Below, piece by piece: positions 63,610 through 64,000 of a stretch of DNA of 64,000 nucleotides. The stretch's first letter is position 1, and each line of letters opens with the position of its first letter. A model generated the notes under the pieces. That model had not been told where the DNA came from. It saw only the letters and a program-made list of their open reading frames with translations, and did not search any database. The DNA comes from Solirubrobacterales bacterium (GTDB taxonomy: Bacteria; Actinomycetota; Thermoleophilia; Solirubrobacterales; JBBDJG01): contig JBBQKG010000017.1 of NCBI GenBank assembly GCA_038326655.1, positions 948 through 64,947 of the forward strand, written 5' to 3'. The position numbers were made by a program, and so were the translations under genes.

Positions 63610-64000
63610 ATGAGAGTCAGAATCATGCTCTCGGCGGCCTGCCTGTTCGGCGTGCTGCTGGGAGTCGGGACAAGCACGATTTCCCCGGCGGCGGCGATCG
63701 CCGCCCGGCCGGAAGTGACCCCGCTGCTCACCGAGGGCACCGGCATGGGTGCGCGGCCAAGCGAGCGCGTCCGCACGCTCCAGCTGCGTCTGGGGGCCAA
63801 GGGCTACAAGCTCGGCTCATCGGGCGTCGACGGCCGGTTCGGCCCGATCACGCGGGGGGCCGTCCAGCGGCTGCAGGGTGACTACGGCCTGAGCCAGGAC
63901 GGCATCGCCGGCCCGAAGACGCGCAAGCTGCTGCGTGCGATCTGCGCTCGGCCCGCCTGTCGCTCACAGGCCGCTTCGCGAACGGCTGGTCCGCGGCGTC
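63610..64000 (+). CDS. Secreted peptidoglycan-binding domain protein, 3'-truncated by window edge
   Basis: AAGGAG SD 7 nt upstream; signal peptide; VRTLQLRL..GVDGRFGPIT.GAVQRLQ..DGIAGPKT. Confidence 0.88.
   Translation, partial: MRVRIMLSAACLFGVLLGVGTSTISPAAAIAARPEVTPLLTEGTGMGARPSERVRTLQLRLGAKGYKLGSSGVDGRFGPITRGAVQRLQGDYGLSQDGIAGPKTRKLLRAICARPACRSQAASRTAGPRR

Overview
High-GC actinobacterial chromosome segment. Gene content and protein styles suggest Thermoleophilia/Solirubrobacterales (inference, no database search was run). The housekeeping backbone is intact: WS/DGAT, zwf-opcA, tRNA-Leu(GAG), lexA with SOS box, RNase P RNA, acnA, c-di-AMP riboswitch plus RlpA-like gene, glnA, pckG, moaA, mutase large subunit and clpS. 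Non-routine parts: (1) at 62431-64000, a secreted/membrane Pro-Ala-rich leader ORF ending LEQPG-stop, whose last codons can base-pair with the Shine-Dalgarno of the next (peptidoglycan-binding) gene, resembling a SecM/MifM-type translational attenuator with an unfamiliar arrest motif; (2) a ~1260-aa radical SAM-Twitch/SPASM + class III aminotransferase fusion, divergent from an Stf0 sulfotransferase-rhodanese pair, sharing an unnamed ~110-aa domain with a PhyH dioxygenase 23 kb away; (3) a dispersed C4/C5-dicarboxyl-CoA module (atypical SucCD-like ligase, Chloroflexus-type malyl-CoA lyase, methylsuccinyl-CoA dehydrogenase-like, MaoC hydratase); (4) a decaying island at ~8.3-17.5 kb next to tRNA-Leu with many lesions, including a gene whose middle segment is excised and re-inserted inverted upstream; (5) several secreted proteins with cationic C-terminal modules. 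All family calls come from motif recognition by eye, and many start codons were re-placed relative to the ORF track.
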